NCBI GenBank assembly: GCA_032718475.1
Contig: JAUCBJ010001728.1
Coordinates: forward strand, 62,001 to 126,000
DNA: 64,000 nt
Direction of reading: 5' to 3'
Origin: Nemertoderma westbladi
Taxonomy: Eukaryota > Animalia > Xenacoelomorpha
Positions 37,646 to 49,600 of this stretch are shown one piece after another. The notes beneath the pieces are model-generated. The model saw only the letters and a program-made list of their open reading frames with translations, had not been told where the DNA came from and searched no databases. The position numbers were made by a program, and so were the translations under genes. Position 1 is the stretch's first letter. Every line of letters starts with the position of its first letter.

Positions 37646-37797
37646 GTGAGTCAATAGTATATTCTATAGGAGTCAGGAAATGTTATGAAATTTCCTATTT
37701 AATGAGTTCATTATATAAAGTTGACTTTTAATAGTAATATTTACAGAAATATCCTCTTATTAATTTCATAAAAATAGTAATAATAAGATTAGATAAA

Positions 37798-37930
37798 GCA
37801 GCAGCCTGGTCTAGTGGTGACATTGATGGGAGGCCCTGGTTCGTTCCCTGGATGGGACAGCACTGTTTGAGTTATTTAATTGCTGCAGCCTAGCTCAACT
37901 GGTCGATAAATGGGAACCAAGGAGCTACTG
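37798..37930 (+). mobile_element. tRNA-derived SINE-like 5' portion
   Basis: Pol III A-box TGGTCTAGTGG (37807-37817) and B-box-like GGTTCGTTCCC (37838-37848), followed by GGTCGATAAATGGGAACC, which resembles conserved central domains of invertebrate SINEs. No TSD found. Confidence 0.55.
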
Positions 37931-39687
37931 TCGCGTTACGGCGTTATGGTTACTGTTGCGTTACGGCGTTATGGTTACTGTTGCGTTGCGGCGTTATGGT
38001 TACTGTCGCGTTACGGCGTTATGGTTACTGTTGCGTTGCGGCGTTATGGTTACTGTTGCGTTGCGGCGTTATGGTTACTGTTGCGTTGCGGCGTTATGGT
38101 TACTGTCGCGTTACGGCGTTATGGTTACTGTTGCGTTGCGGCGTTATGGTTACTGTTGCGTTACGGCGTTATGGTTACTGTTGCGTTACGGCGTTATGGT
38201 TACTGTTGCGTTGCGGCGTTATGGTTACTGTCGCATTACGGCGTTATGGTTACTGTTGCGTTGCGGCGTTATGGTTACTGTTGCGTTACGGCGTTATGGT
38301 TACTGTCGCATTACGGCGTTATGGTTACTGTTGCGTTACAGCGTTATGGTTACTGTTGCGTTACGGCGTTATGGTTACTGTCGCATTACGGCGTTATGGT
38401 TACTGTTGCGTTGCGGCGTTATGGTTACTGTCGCATTACGGCGTTATGGTTACTGTTGCGTTGCGGCGTTATGGTTACTGTTGCGTTGCGGCGTTATGGT
38501 TACTGTTGCGTTACGGCGTTATGGTTACTGTTGCGTTGCGGCGTTATGGTTACTGTTGCGTTACGGCGTTATGGTTACTGTCGCATTACGGCGTTATGGT
38601 TACTGTTGCGTTACGGCGTTATGGTTACTGTTGCGTTACGGCGTTATGGTTACTGTTGCGTTGCGGCGTTATGGTTACTGTTGCGTTACGGCGTTATGGT
38701 TACTGTCGCATTACGGCGTTATGGTTACTGTTGCGTTACGGCGTTATGGTTACTGTTGCGTTGCGGCGTTATGGTTACTGTTGCGTTACGGCGTTATGGT
38801 TACTGTCGCATTACGGCGTTATGGTTACTGTTGCGTTACGGCGTTATGGTTACTGTTGCGTTACGGCGTTATGGTTACTGTTGCGTTGCGGCGTTATGGT
38901 TACTGTTGCGTTGCGGCGTTATGGTTACTGTTGCGTTACGGTGTTATGGTTACTGTTGCGTTGCGGCGTTATGGTTACTGTCGCATTACGGCGTTATGGT
39001 TACTGTTGCGTTACGGCGTTATGGTTACTGTTGCGTTGCGGCGTTATGGTTACTGTTGCGTTGCGGCGTTATGGTTACTGTTGCGTTACGGCGTTATGGT
39101 TACTGTTGCGTTGCGGCGTTATGGTTACTGTTGCGTTACGGCGTTATGGTTACTGTCGCATTACGGCGTTATGGTTACTGTTGCGTTGCGGCGTTATGGT
39201 TACTGTTGCGTTGCGGCGTTATGGTTACTGTTGCGTTACGGTGTTATGGTTACTGTTGCGTTGCGGCGTTATGGTTACTGTCGCATTACGGCGTTATGGT
39301 TACTGTTGCGTTACGGCGTTATGGTTACTGTTGCGTTACGGCGTTATGGTTACTGTTGCGTTGCGGCGTTATGGTTACTGTCGCATTACGGCGTTATGGT
39401 TACTGTTGCGTTGCGGCGTTATGGTTACTGTCGCATTACGACGTTATGGTTACTGTTGCGTTGCGGCGTTATGGTTACTGTTGCGTTGCGGCGTTATGGT
39501 TACTGTTGCGTTACGGTGTTATGGTTACTGTTGCGTTGCGGCGTTATGGTTACTGTTGCGTTGCGGCGTTATGGTTACTGTTGCGTTGCGGTGTTATGGT
39601 TACTGTTGCGTTACGGTGTTATGGTTACTGTTGCGTTACGGCATTATGGTTACTGTTGCGTTGCGGTTATTGTTGCGTTATGGTTAC
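37926..39687. repeat. 25-bp CpG-rich tandem array (about 70 units)
   Basis: Unit GTTATGGTTACTGT(T/C)GC(G/A)TT(A/G)CGGC. Confidence 0.97.
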
Positions 39688-39958
39688 AGTAGCCGTAACT
39701 CGAGAACACCCCCGTGATGGCTTATTAAACTAATCTTTATGAGCTTTTAATAACTTACTAAAACTTTTGTGCAGAGCAAGTAGAACGAACAGACAGTATA
39801 TAGGTCTACATCAATACAATATATCACTACGAATCAGAAAGTATGAAGTTTGTGGCCATAGTCAAACTATGCACCTCTATCAATAGAATGTTACATAAAA
39901 TATAAAATAAAATAAATTAAATCAAATGATATAAAATGTAAACGCAGTCCAAAGTAAA

Positions 39959-41707
39959 TTAAATACTGATTCTCTTGTTAACAAATTCGTTACGCAATGC
40001 ATACTTCTTTACCTTTCCAGTAACAGTCATTGGTAAATCCTGCATGAATTCTATATGTTCTGGAATCTTATAATTTGCAACTTTACCTTTCATAAACTCT
40101 ATGACTTCCTCTCCGGCCATGTATTGTTCCTTCTTTAGTTTAATGACTACGGCTACCTTCTCCCCAAACCGACTATCTGGAACACCAAACACACTGGCCT
40201 GTTGAATTTGTTGGTGACTCAAAAGCAAATCTTCCACTTCCATCGGGAAAATATTCTCACCACCGCGTGTAATACGATCCGACAGACTGCCGCGAATAGT
40301 GACGTAACCATTGGCGTCCATGGTTGCTAGGTCACCTGTTCTCCACCAATCGGATGCGCTGAAGGCTTCTTTGTTCCAATAACTCCTGGCCACTATTAAC
40401 CCGCGTACATACAACTCTCCCACAGTACCAACCGGTACAACATCCCCATTCTCATCAACAATCTGAACCTCAACGCCTTCCATTGGATATCCATCTTTAG
40501 TGGTCCTCATTTCTTCAATATCGTCAAAGTTACCGCAAATAACGTAAGAAGAGGTTTCCGCTATACCGTACCCCCGAAATATCGACATCAAATTGCCCAA
40601 ATGTTTACCACTTTTTGTGAGCAATTCCTTTCTTATGTGAGCCTCGCCTTCACCTATGAGAACAGATCGCAAGGAGGAAATATTGTAATTAGCCGAATTG
40701 TTTAGTATTTCCATAACGACAGATGGGGAAGCCAACAGGATCGTAGCCGATTCCTTTTCGATGCATTCGAGTAACTTAATCGGGTCGTATGTTGTGCTCG
40801 GGATGGCGATACGCGCGTTCACCGTTAGTGCTAGGCAAATAGCCGCATAGAAACCAAAGCCGTGAGGCATCTGTGAGGTACAGGCGATTGTATGATCGAT
40901 CGCTTCCCATCCTATACATCGCGCCACGTTGTAGGAGTTATCTATCAGTTGTTGGTGAGAGAAAACCGTGGCTTTTGGCGCTCCGGTTGTCCCAGATGTG
41001 AACTGGACAATCAAGTCGGATTCCGGGTTTAATGTTCTTTGTATTTCCGTTACTTTGCCAATGGAAGAGTACCCCGCTAAGCAACCAACCTCGTCGATTC
41101 CCCAACAAGCTGGGCGTTTTTTTTTGTCCATAAAAATAACGTGACGCAAATCCGGTAAACGTTTCGATTGCAAATTCCCCGGTTTGGATTCAGCTAATTC
41201 CGGACAAATGCAAAGTAAATTCTCGTAGTAATTCATAGATTTTACCGCGGAACCGACTAGTATCGCCTTGGCCCCCACAACCTTTAGTACGGCCTCTAAC
41301 TCGTGCGACTGAGTACTCATATCGATGTTTACAACCACCATTCCGCACCGTGCCGCACTATAGGCTCCAATCATCCAATGTTTGGTACTAGGGCCATATA
41401 TTGCAATACGATCACCTGGCAACAGTCCTAACTCTATTAATCCAGCTGTTAGTTTATCTACGGCTTCTAGAATCTCACCGAATGTCAGTCGGTTGTCATC
41501 ACCAACGAATACAAAAGCTTCCTTCTCTCTGTCCATATTTGCGCATTCCTCCAGTAACCCACCCAATGTTTTCCTCACAAATGGCGACTTTTTTTGACGA
41601 TGGAGGTAGCTAATAGTTAACGGGGTCGTTTTATGAAATTTTGGTAGCTTTTGCATTGAAAAGTTTCGGTAAAACAACCTGTGTAAGTGATGATACGCCA
41701 TGGTCAT
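39959..41707 (-). CDS. ACSF2: Intronless ACSF2-like acyl-CoA synthetase (ANL superfamily), nested antisense in the myosin intron
   Basis: Uninterrupted ORF of about 580 aa: FTSGTTGAPK P-loop, GYGIAET, WRTGDL, RGGENIFP, PMTVTGKVKK, and the ACSF2-like CPELAESKPGNLQSKRLPDLRHVI. ATG at 41707 or 41701. Orthology is not established. Confidence 0.85.
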   Translation of the reverse strand: MTMAYHHLHRLFYRNFSMQKLPKFHKTTPLTISYLHRQKKSPFVRKTLGGLLEECANMDREKEAFVFVGDDNRLTFGEILEAVDKLTAGLIELGLLPGDRIAIYGPSTKHWMIGAYSAARCGMVVVNIDMSTQSHELEAVLKVVGAKAILVGSAVKSMNYYENLLCICPELAESKPGNLQSKRLPDLRHVIFMDKKKRPACWGIDEVGCLAGYSSIGKVTEIQRTLNPESDLIVQFTSGTTGAPKATVFSHQQLIDNSYNVARCIGWEAIDHTIACTSQMPHGFGFYAAICLALTVNARIAIPSTTYDPIKLLECIEKESATILLASPSVVMEILNNSANYNISSLRSVLIGEGEAHIRKELLTKSGKHLGNLMSIFRGYGIAETSSYVICGNFDDIEEMRTTKDGYPMEGVEVQIVDENGDVVPVGTVGELYVRGLIVARSYWNKEAFSASDWWRTGDLATMDANGYVTIRGSLSDRITRGGENIFPMEVEDLLLSHQQIQQASVFGVPDSRFGEKVAVVIKLKKEQYMAGEEVIEFMKGKVANYKIPEHIEFMQDLPMTVTGKVKKYALRNEFVNKRISI

Positions 41708-42049
41708 CCACAAAACTTATGGTGCTAAACTAATATTATTGTGAAAACAATTTACAATAATAAAAACATTACAATAATATATATTATAAATATACATACG
41801 GTGAACTTAACTTAACTTAACTTTTATATAATAATAATAATACTGTAATAATAATATAAGACCATTTAAACTGACTAATTCAACATTCAACCCACAATAT
41901 TGGTTTGGTGTTTGTTCTTTGATTTTTATCAGAGGTGCACTTGTACAGGAATGGAGCTGTTTGCGTGTGGTCTACATGATAATGATAATATTGATTCTCT
42001 TGAAAAACCTTGGGAATTTATATGATAATATTTATTTGTATTTTTTCAG

Positions 42050-42128
42050 TGAATTCATTTCATCGTTATTTCTTGACGATGTGACGAAAGAGCAGAAGCG
42101 ACCTACAACTGCTGGTATGAAAATCAAG
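42050..42128 (+). CDS. MYO1E: Myosin-I (MYO1E/F-like) exon C
   Basis: TTTTTTCAG| acceptor, phase 2 in (TA+T = Tyr). EFISSLFLDDVTKEQKRPTTAGMKIK matches recalled myosin-Ie FIKSLFP...KGRPTTAGSKIK. Ends AAG|GTAAGT; 79 nt. Confidence 0.93.
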
Positions 42129-42303
42129 GTAAGTTTCTTTGAAAGAATGAATTTAGGTTCTTATAAATGTTGCATTATTTATTATTTATATGTATTATAT
42201 TTTTATTGATTCGTAAAATAATACATTAATCTGTAGTGTCCACTGTAAATCCGTTTTGTTCAGTTTACGTTTAAACGATAGGATTTTCCGTTACTTGGAG
42301 TGT

Positions 42304-43491
42304 CTAATTGACGTACTTGTATCTCGCCAATTGTTTTAATATTTGATCTTTGGATTTGGACGACATATTTTCCTTACCTTCATCTTGTTGAAACCGGAAG
42401 TCAACCCGTCTATGTTCCAATTGATCCTCCCACTTCCGGTATATCTGGTAAAGCAGACCACCCTCGTTGCCGTTTAACTTTTGTCGGATCCGGATATGAG
42501 CGAGCGTCAACCTCGGTATCGTCTCGTAATGGAATGTATGTTTGCACAACATCTCAATGGCCTCCATTGTGATCGGCGCAGTTATATAGAGCTCTTCTAT
42601 CAGGCGGCATTGTTTCAGCATTGTGAGCAACTCCGCCCCCATCCGCTCACTGTGTTTGTAATCCAACCTCAGTGCTTTGAGAGTGGGTCCACCAGCTTCG
42701 CCAATGATCGCGCATATTTTAACAGCGTCGAAGACGCTTGGTGTAACTCCATGTATCGAAAGTCGTATCATTGGTGGTTTACCCACCAAAATTCGTTTTA
42801 TTTTCTCGCTGTCTAATATATTCTCGATCCGCATGTCCACGCGTAATCCCGGATTCTGCTCTATAGCCATCTTCCACGGACTAAGCATTGCCTGTCGCAA
42901 CCCGTGATTGGCTGGAAGTGGGTGGTAATCTCGCGCCACCATTGTGATAAGTCGCAGTCCCTTGTTGTTGCAAACTAGACTGCGTAAAACATTGGTGTTG
43001 AAACAATGATAACTCATTGTAATTTCGAGAAGACCACTAAATTGTGATATTGATTTAAGAAATTCCCCGCTGAGAAACATTGGCTTTGTTGGCGATTTGA
43101 ATTCATCGATAACCAGACATTGCAGTGAATTATGGGAATTATTTGCGATCCTATAAAGGAGTTGGCTCCCGTCATGTTCCGGGATCACACTATTTAGCAC
43201 TGCGAAGTTTTGTAATCCTTTCTGCCTTTGTAACGTCACGTGCAGTATTGTCATGACGTGTTCGGGCCATAAGTGACAGTCCATGTTGTGGATCGTCAAC
43301 TTGCTGAGCTTTAAAGACGCGATAATCCACAGGAGTTTAGTGAATCCGACGTGAAGGAGGTGGTTCGGTGACCTTGAGGCAGCCCAATCAACGACAATAG
43401 TCACATCTTCCACATGGGAATCACGTGACAGGTTAAATATCGTTTGATCGTCCTCCCTTGCTATCCCTGTTACTTTGTAAGTTCTCGCCAT
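42304..43491 (-). CDS. Intronless LRR protein, FBXO39/FBXL-like, with no recognisable F-box, nested antisense
   Basis: 395-aa intact ORF with degenerate LRRs. The segment ITMSYHCFNTNVLRSL...LRLITM...SPWKMAIEQNPGLRVDMRIENILDSEKIKRILVGKPPMIRLSI resembles the recalled FBXO39 LRR region. Confidence 0.6.
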   Translation of the reverse strand: MARTYKVTGIAREDDQTIFNLSRDSHVEDVTIVVDWAASRSPNHLLHVGFTKLLWIIASLKLSKLTIHNMDCHLWPEHVMTILHVTLQRQKGLQNFAVLNSVIPEHDGSQLLYRIANNSHNSLQCLVIDEFKSPTKPMFLSGEFLKSISQFSGLLEITMSYHCFNTNVLRSLVCNNKGLRLITMVARDYHPLPANHGLRQAMLSPWKMAIEQNPGLRVDMRIENILDSEKIKRILVGKPPMIRLSIHGVTPSVFDAVKICAIIGEAGGPTLKALRLDYKHSERMGAELLTMLKQCRLIEELYITAPITMEAIEMLCKHTFHYETIPRLTLAHIRIRQKLNGNEGGLLYQIYRKWEDQLEHRRVDFRFQQDEGKENMSSKSKDQILKQLARYKYVN

Positions 43492-43605
43492 GGTCTCTGA
43501 GTATTTCAGACATCAGTATATTTAATAATTATATTTGAGGTTATTTATACCGATTTACTATGTTACATTGCATTTCCACAACAAACATTATTACTTGCGA
43601 ACTTG

Positions 43606-43625
43606 CGGGGGGGGGGGGGGGGGGG
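43606..43625 (+). repeat. Poly-G run (about 20 nt)
   Basis: Homopolymer read directly from the sequence. Confidence 0.85.
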
Positions 43626-43697
43626 ATACATGCATCAAAGGTGTCGTTTCAATGTAATCACCATTAAAGCAACACTTTCAAGACAATGTAAATGTAC

Positions 43698-46600
43698 GGA
43701 GCCCCTAAAGGGACATTAAAATAAATGTTTTTTTCTGAAACTTGTTGCTGGAGTCCTCACACACCCAAACTTGTTGCTGGACCTCCTCACACACAGAAAC
43801 CTGTTACAGGACCCCCTCACACACAGAAACTTGTTGCTGGAGTCCTCACACACCCAAACTTGTTGCTGGACCCCCTCACACACAGAAACTTGTTGCTGGA
43901 GTCCTCACACACAGAAACTTGTTACAGGACCCCCTCACACAGAGAAACTTGTTGCTGGACCCCTTCACACACAGAAACTTGTTGCTGGACCCCATCACAC
44001 ACAGAAACTTGTTGCTGAACCCCCTCACACACAGAAACTTGTTGCTGAACCCCCTCACACACAGAAACTTGTTGCTGGACCCCCTCACACACAGAAACTT
44101 GTTGCTGGAGTCCTCACACACAGAAACTTGTTGCTGGACCCCCTCACACACAGAAACTTGTTGCTGGACCCCCTCACACACAGAAACTTGTTGCTGGAGT
44201 CCCTCACACACATAAACTTGTTACTGGACCCCCTCACACACAGAAACTTGTTGCTGAACCCCCTCACACACTGAAACTTGTTGCTGAACCCCCTCACACA
44301 CATAAACTTGTTGCTGAACCCCCTCACACACATAAACTTGTTGCTGAACACCCTCACACACAGAAACTAGTTTCTGGAGTCCTCACACACAGAAACTTGT
44401 TGCTGAACCCCCTCACACACAGAAACTTGTTGCTGAACCCCCTCACACACAGAAACTTGTTGCTGGACCCCCTCACACACAGAAACTTGTTGCTGGAGTC
44501 CTCACACACAGAAACTTGTTGCTGGACCCCCTCACACACTGAAACTTGTTGCTGGAGTCCCTCACACACATAAACTTGTTGCTGGACCCCCTCACACACA
44601 GAAACTTGTTGCTGAACCCCCTCACACACAGAAACTTGTTGCTGAACCCCCTCACACACAGAAACTTGTTACTGGACCCCCTCACACACAGAAACTTGTT
44701 GCTGGACCCCTCACACACAGAAACTTGTTGCTGGACCCCCTCACACACAGAAACTTGTTGCTGAACCCCCTCACACACAGAAACTTGTTGCTGAACCCCC
44801 TCACACACAGAAACTTGTTGCTGGACCCCCTCACACACAGAAACTTGTTGCTGGAGTCCTCACACACAGAAACTTGTTGCTGGACCCCCTCACACACAGA
44901 AACTTGTTGCTGAATCCCCTCACACACTGAAACTTGTTGCTGAACCCCCTCACACACATAAACTTGTTGCTGGACCCCCTCACACACAGAAACTTGTTGC
45001 TGGAGTCCTCACACACAGAAACTTGTTGCTGGACCCCCTCACACACAGAAACTTGTTGCTGAACCCCCTCACACACATAAACTTGTTGCTGGACCCCCTC
45101 ACACACAGAAACTTGTTGCTGGACCCCCTCACACACAGAAACTTGTTGCTGAACCCCCTCACACACAGAAACTTGTTGCTGAACCCCCTCACACACAGAA
45201 ACTTGTTGCTGGACCCCCTCACACACAGAAACTTGTTGCTGGACCCCCTCACACACAGAAACTTGTTGCTGGACCCCCTCATACACAGAAACTTGTTACT
45301 GGCCCCCCTCACACACAGAAACTTGTTGCTGGACCCCCTCACACACAGAAACTTGTTGCTGGACCCCCTCACACACAGAAACTTGTTGCTGGCCCCCCTC
45401 ACACACAGAAACTTGTTGCTGGACCCCTTCACACACAGAAACTTGTTGCTGGACCCCCTCACACACAGAAACTTGTTGCTGGACCCCCTCACACACAGAA
45501 ACTTGTTGCTGGACCCCCTCACACACAGAAACTTGTTGCTGAACCCCCTCACACACGGAAACTTGTTGCTGGACCCCCTCACACACAGAAACTTGTTGCT
45601 GGACCCCCTCACACACAGAAACTTGTTGCTGGACCCCCTCACACACAGAAACTTGTTGCTGGACCCCCTCACACACAGAAACTTGTTGCTGGACCCCCTC
45701 ACACACAGAAACTTGTTGCTGGAGTCCCTCGCACACAGAAACGTGTTGCTGGACCCCCTCATACACAGAAACTTGTTACTGGCCCCCCTCACACACAGAA
45801 ACTTGTTGCTGAACCCCCTCACACACAGAAACTTGTTGCTGGACCCCCTCACACACAGAAACTTGTTGCTGGAGTCCTCACACACAGAAACTTGTTGCTG
45901 AACCCCCTCACACACAGAAACTTGTTGCTGGACCCCCTCATACACAGAAACTTGTTACTGGCCCCCCTCACACACAGAAACTTGTTGCTGAACCCCCTCA
46001 CACACAGAAACTTGTTGCTGGACCCCCTCACACACAGAACCTTGTTGCTGGAGTCCCTCACAAACAGAAACTTGTTGCTGAACCCCCTCACACACGGAAA
46101 CTTGTTGCTGGACCCCCTCACACACAGAAACTTGTTACAGGACCCCCTCACACACAGAAACTTGTTGCTGAACCCCCTCACACACAGAAACTTGTTGCTG
46201 GACCCCCTCACACACAGAAACTTGTTGCTGGACCCCCTCACACACAGAAACTTGTTGCTGGAGTCCCTCACACACAGAAACGTGTTGCTGGACCCCCTCA
46301 CAAACAGAAACTTGTTGCTGAACCCCCTCACACACAGAAACTTGTTGCTGGACCCCCTCACACACAGAAACTTGTTGCTGAACCCCCTCACACACAGAAA
46401 CTTGTTGCTGGACCCCCTCACACACGGAAACTTGTTGCTGGACCCCCTCACACACAGAAACTTGTTGCTGGAGTCCCTCACACACAGAAACGTGTTGCTG
46501 AACCCCCTCACACACAGAAACCTGTTGCTGGACCCCCTCATACACAGAAACTTGTTGCTGGCCCCTCTCACACACAGAAACTTGTTGCTTCCCCTCACAC

Positions 46601-49600
46601 ACAGAAACTTGTTGCTGGACCCCCTCACACACAGAAACTTGTTGCTGGAGTCCCTCACACACATAAACTTGTTACTGGACCCCCTCACACACAGAAACTT
46701 GTTGCTGAACCCCCTCACACACTGAAACTTGTTGCTGAACCCCCTCACACACATAAACTTGTTGCTGAACCCCCTCACACACATAAACTTGTTGCTGAAC
46801 CCCCTCACACACAGAAACTTGTTGCTGAACCCCCTCACACACAGAAACTTGTTGCTGGACCCCCTCACACACAGAAACTTGTTGCTGGAGTCCTCACACA
46901 CAGAAACTTGTTGCTGAACCCCCTCACACACAGAAACTTGTTGCTGGACCCCCTCACACACAGAAACTTGTTGCTGGACCCCCTCACACACAGAAACTTG
47001 TTGCTGGAGTCCCTCACACACATAAACTTGTTACTGGACCCCCTCACACACAGAAACTTGTTGCTGAACCCCCTCACACACTGAAACTTGTTGCTGAACC
47101 CGCTCACACACATAAACTTGTTGCTGAACCCCCTCACACACATAAACTTGTTGCTGAACCCCCTCACACACATAAACTTGTTGCTGAACACCCTCACACA
47201 CATAAACTTGTTGCTGAACCCCCTCACACACATAAACTTGTTGCTGAACACCCTCACACACATAAACTTGTTGCTGAACCCCCTCACACACAGAAACTTG
47301 TTGCTGAACCCCCTCACACACAGAAACTTGTTGCTGGACCCCCTCACACACAGAAACTTGTTGCTGGAGTCCTCACACACAGAAACTTGTTGCTGGACCC
47401 CCTCACACACAGAAACTTGTTGCTGGACCCCCTCACACACAGAAACTTGTTGCTGGAGTCCCTCACACACATAAACTTGTTACTGGACCCCCTCACACAC
47501 AGAAACTTGTTGCTGAACCCCCTCACACACTGAAACTTGTTGCTGAACCCGCTCACACACATAAACTTGTTGCTGAACCCCCTCACACACATAAACTTGT
47601 TGCTGAACCCCCTCACACACATAAACTTGTTGCTGAACACCCTCACACACATAAACTTGTTGCTGAACCCCCTCACACACAGAAACTTGTTGCTGAACCC
47701 CCTCACACACAGAAACTTGTTGCTGGACCCCCTCACACACAGAAACTTGTTGCTGGAGTCCTCACACACAGAAACTTGTTGCTGGACCCCCTCACACACA
47801 GAAACTTGTTGCTGGAGTCCCTCACACACATAAACGTGTTACTGGACCCCCTCACACACAGAAACTTGTTGCTGAACCCCCTCACACACTGAAACTTGTT
47901 GCTGAACCCCCTCACACACATAAACTTGTTGCTGAACCCCCTCACACACTGAAACTTGTTGCTGGAGTCCTCACACACATAAACTTGTTGCTGGACCCCC
48001 TCACAAACAGAAACTTGTTGCTGAACCCCCTCACACACAGAAACTTGTTGCTGAACCCCCTCACACACAGAAACTTGTTACAGGACCCCCTCACACACAG
48101 AAACTTGTTGCTGGACCCCTCACACACAGAAACTTGTTGCTGGACCCCCTCACACACAGAAACTTGTTGCTGAATCCCCTCACACACTGAAACTTGTTGC
48201 TGAACCCCCTCACACACATAAACTTGTTGCTGGACCCCCTCACACACAGAAACTTGTTGCTGGAGTCCTCACACACAGAAACTTGTTGCTGGACCCCCTC
48301 ACACACAGAAACTTGTTGCTGGACCCCCTCACACACATAAACTTGTTGCTGGACCCCCTCACACACAGAAACTTGTTGCTGGACCCCCTCACACACAGAA
48401 ACTTGTTGCTGAACCCCCTCACACACAGAAACTTGTTGCTGGACCCCCTCACACACAGAAACTTGTTGCTGGACCCCCTCACACACAGAAACTTGTTGCT
48501 GGACCCCCTCACACACAGAAACTTGTTGCTGAACCCCCTCACACACAGACACTTGTTGCTGAACCCCCTCACACACAGAAACTTGTTGCTGAACCCCCTC
48601 ACACACAGAAACTTGTTGCTGAACCCCCTCACACCCATAAACTTGTTGCTGGACCCGCTCACACACAGAAACTTGTTGCTGGACCCCCTCATACACAGAA
48701 ACTTGTTGCTGGACCCCCTCACACACAGAAACTTGTTGCTGGAGTCCCTCACACACAGAAACTTGTTGCTGGACCCCCTCACACACAGAAACTTGTTGCT
48801 GGACCCCCTCACACACAGAAACTTGTTGCTGGCCCCCCTCACACACAGAAACTTGTTGCTTCCCCTCACACACAGAAACTTGTTGCTGGACCACCTCACA
48901 CACAGAAACTTGTTGCTGGAGTCCCTCACACACATAAACTTGTTACTGGACCCCCTCACACACAGAAACTTGTTGCTGAACCCCCTCACACACTGAAACT
49001 TGTTGCTGAACCCCCTCACACACATAAACTTGTTGCTGGCACCCCCTCACACACAGAAACTTGTTGCTGAACCCCCTCACACACAGAAACTTGTTGCTGG
49101 ACCCCCTCACACACAGAAACTTGTTGCTGGAGTCCTCACACACAGAAACTTGTTGCTGGACCCCCTCACACACAGAAACTTGTTGCTGGAGTCCTCACAC
49201 ACATAAACTTGTTGCTGAACCCCCTCACACACAGAAACTTGTTGCTGGAGTCCTCACACACATAAACTTGTTGCTGAACCCCCTCACACACATAAACTTG
49301 TTGCTGAACCCCCTCACACACAGAAACTTGTTGCTGGACCCCCTCACACACAGAAACTTGTTGCTGAACCCCCTCACACACAGAAACTTGTTGCTGGACC
49401 CCCTCACACACAGAAACTTGTTGCTGGACCCCCTCACACACAGAAACTTGTTGCTGGAGTCCTCACACACATAAACTTGTTGCTGAACCCCCTCACACAC
49501 AGAAACTTGTTGCTGGACCCCCTCACACACAGAAACTTGTTGCTGGAGTCCTCACACACATAAACTTGTTGCTGAACCCCCTCACACACAGAAACTTGTT

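Noticed and set aside
37798-37870. Functional tRNA gene
   Set aside because: A/B box spacing is short and there is no cloverleaf or anticodon arm. A SINE head fits better.
37910-39733. 607/578-aa ORFs in all three + frames
   Set aside because: The stop-free 25-bp unit opens every frame, and the product is a periodic low-complexity peptide.
41919-42209. 96-aa + strand ORF as an independent gene
   Set aside because: Only 42050-42128 is coding (myosin exon C); the rest is intron read-through.
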